Origin: Amoebidium appalachense
Lineage: Eukaryota > Protista > Ichthyosporea
Direction: 5' to 3'
DNA length: 64,000 nucleotides
NCBI GenBank assembly: GCA_963693365.1
Contig: CAVNZM010000001.1
Coordinates: 696,745 to 760,744 of the forward strand
Shown: piece by piece, positions 61,957-64,000 of the stretch
How the letters are laid out: each line of letters opens with the position of its first letter
Numbering within the stretch: the first letter of the stretch is position 1
Translations under genes and position numbers: made by a program
Notes under the pieces: model-generated
Seen by the model: only the letters and a program-made list of their open reading frames with translations
Told to the model about the DNA's origin: nothing
Database searches by the model: none

Positions 61957-62854
61957 ATGGCACATGCCTATAATCGTTTCAGAACCTCTTTCAAAGTTCC
62001 ATCTACACCCATCACACATGTGCGACCATTAAAACGTCCAGCAGATACACCTACCACAGATGCACAACCAGAAAAACATCGCCTTAGACTAAGCGCAACA
62101 CCTATTTACAATACACTACCCATTCAGAATAACACCACACCACTCCGTAGAAACACAATAACAACCATGCCGAAACTTTCGGTTGATACAGTACTGGCAG
62201 AACTTGCCCTCGTTAAGAAACAGCTAAATGAGCTGTTACCACTCAAGAACATGATAGAAAAACTCCAAACAGAAAATACCCAACTCAAGCTTACCATTGA
62301 TTCACTCACAGCCCAGCTAAACATTAGTGGATCGCAAAACCCCAAAACTCATGAGCAAACATCTCGCGACGGAGACATTTCCACCCCAACACAAAACAAC
62401 ACAGGACCGGAAGCACAGCTCCCGGCAGAGTTCCTAGAATATGCGAACTCTCGTAAAACACCCGAGCTCCGCCAAATTGCCAAGGAAACATATGCCAGCA
62501 TTCTTGCAGGCAACGAGTACCGCCGCAACTCCCCTCCCCAAACCGCCGGCTAAGGGGAACACCCAAGCAAACGGTAACATCAACATCCCACCCAAATACG
62601 AGAGGGTGTATTTCAAAGTCAAGCACGGCAGACGCCCACACAGGGCCATGTGGTCTATCTTCAAGGCTCTCGGCTTCTGGTGCTCTCGCATCCTTTGTCT
62701 GTCCTTCATTGGATACGATGTGCTGGAAGTAGCAGTACGGGGCGACTATAACCGTGCGTTCATCCGTGACGCGACAAAGGGGTGTGGAAGCTTCTTCACC
62801 CACCTCCCAAGCTACGACCCATGCGCGCCGGAAAACATTCAGAAAGCAGACAAA
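61957..62854 (+). pseudogene. LINE ORF1 (coiled coil, TYASIL, RRM-like domain), frameshifted and 3'-truncated; left arm of palindrome
   Basis: Heptads LALVKKQLNEL..LQTENTQLKL; second frame YERVYF..LGF..SRILCLSF..VLEVAV..DY..YDP resembles ORF1 of fungal/protist LINEs. No RT in the window. Confidence 0.65.
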
Positions 62855-62872
62855 CATTCAGAAAGCAGACAC

Positions 62873-63795
62873 CATTCTTAGCAGACACTTTACGTTCTTT
62901 GTCTGCTTTCTGAATGTTTTCCGGCGCGCATGGGTCGTAGCTTGGGAGGTGGGTGAAGAAGCTTCCACACCCCTTTGTCGCGTCACGGATGAACGCACGG
63001 TTATAGTCGCCCCGTACTGCTACTTCCAGCACATCGTATCCAATGAAGGACAGACAAAGGATGCGAGAGCACCAGAAGCCGAGAGCCTTGAAGATGGACC
63101 ACATGGCCCTGTGTGGGCGTCTGCCGTGCTTGACTTTGAAATACACCCTCTCGTATTTGGGTGGGATGTTGATGTTACCGTTTGCTTGGGTGTTCCCCTT
63201 AGCCGGCGGTTTGGGGAGGGGAGTTGCGGCGGTACTCGTTGCCTGCAAGAATGCTGGCATATGTTTCCTTGGCAATTTGGCGGAGCTCGGGTGTTTTACG
63301 AGAGTTCGCATATTCTAGGAACTCTGCCGGGAGCTGTGCTTCCGGTCCTGTGTTGTTTTGTGTTGGGGTGGAAATGTCTCCGTCGCGAGATGTTTGCTCA
63401 TGAGTTTTGGGGTTTTGCGATCCACTAATGTTTAGCTGGGCTGTGAGTGAATCAATGGTGAGCTTGAGTTGGGTATTTTCTGTTTGGAGTTTTTCTATCA
63501 TGTTCTTGAGTGGTAACAGCTCATTTAGCTGTTTCTTAACGAGGGCAAGTTCTGCCAGTACTGTATCAACCGAAAGTTTCGGCATGGTTGTTATTGTGTT
63601 TCTACGGAGTGGTGTGGTGTTATTCTGAATGGGTAGTGTATTGTAAATAGGTGTTGCGCTTAGTCTAAGGCGATGTTTTTCTGGTTGTGCATCTGTGGTA
63701 GGTGTATCTGCTGGACGTTTTAATGGTCGCACATGTGTGATGGGTGTAGATGGAACTTTGAAAGAGGTTCTGAAACGATTATAGGCATGTGCCAT
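62873..63795 (-). pseudogene. LINE ORF1, right arm of palindrome
   Basis: ORFs 63199-63795 and 62796-63311 give the same proteins as the left arm and extend slightly further (KERKVSAKN). Confidence 0.65.
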
Positions 63796-64000
63796 GACAT
63801 GGATGGGGGTGTTCCCCGGCCCTTAGGGCCACGGATGGCCTGGTTTAGGGGTGGATGCGCGAAGGATACTATTTATTAGCAGATAATAAAGAGCGACATT
63901 TGAATCGATGTGTGCGACTGAATCGATGTGTGTGCGACTGAATCGATGTGTGTGTGCGACTGAATCGATGTGTGCGACTGAATCGATGTGTGCGACTGAC

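Noticed and set aside
61747-64000. Telomere or Penelope-like inverted terminal repeat
   Set aside because: The repeat unit is not G-rich telomeric, no hammerhead core or PLE RT is visible, and the ORF resembles LINE ORF1.

Overview
Eukaryotic, intron-containing genomic DNA. An animal-type tRNAi-Met copy, poly-C/CA-rich introns and a Plavaka transposase exon suggest a unicellular holozoan such as an ichthyosporean (inference only). 0-3.6 kb holds a spliced TBL/PC-esterase (SGNH-like) host gene. About 4.1-50.1 kb is an uninterrupted nest of retroelements: a chromodomain Ty3/Gypsy, two Ty1/Copia families (A with a 925-bp LTR, B with a 735-bp LTR), a third LTR, two complementary Ngaro-type tyrosine-recombinase retroelements and a 1.35-kb poly(A)/TSD retroposon. 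Most precise Copia-A LTR termini are joined to other Copia-A sequence, often inverted. One 3' LTR retains a 23-nt DNA copy of its tRNAi-Met primer. Copia and Ngaro are recombined into cross-order chimeras, and a 7.1-kb tandem duplication has a mosaic LTR at its junction. 50-64 kb contains CMC/Plavaka-type remnants, several satellites, a three-exon Cys-rich orphan gene and a ~2.2-kb fold-back palindrome of a LINE 5' end/ORF1. All calls are from manual reading; no database searches were run.
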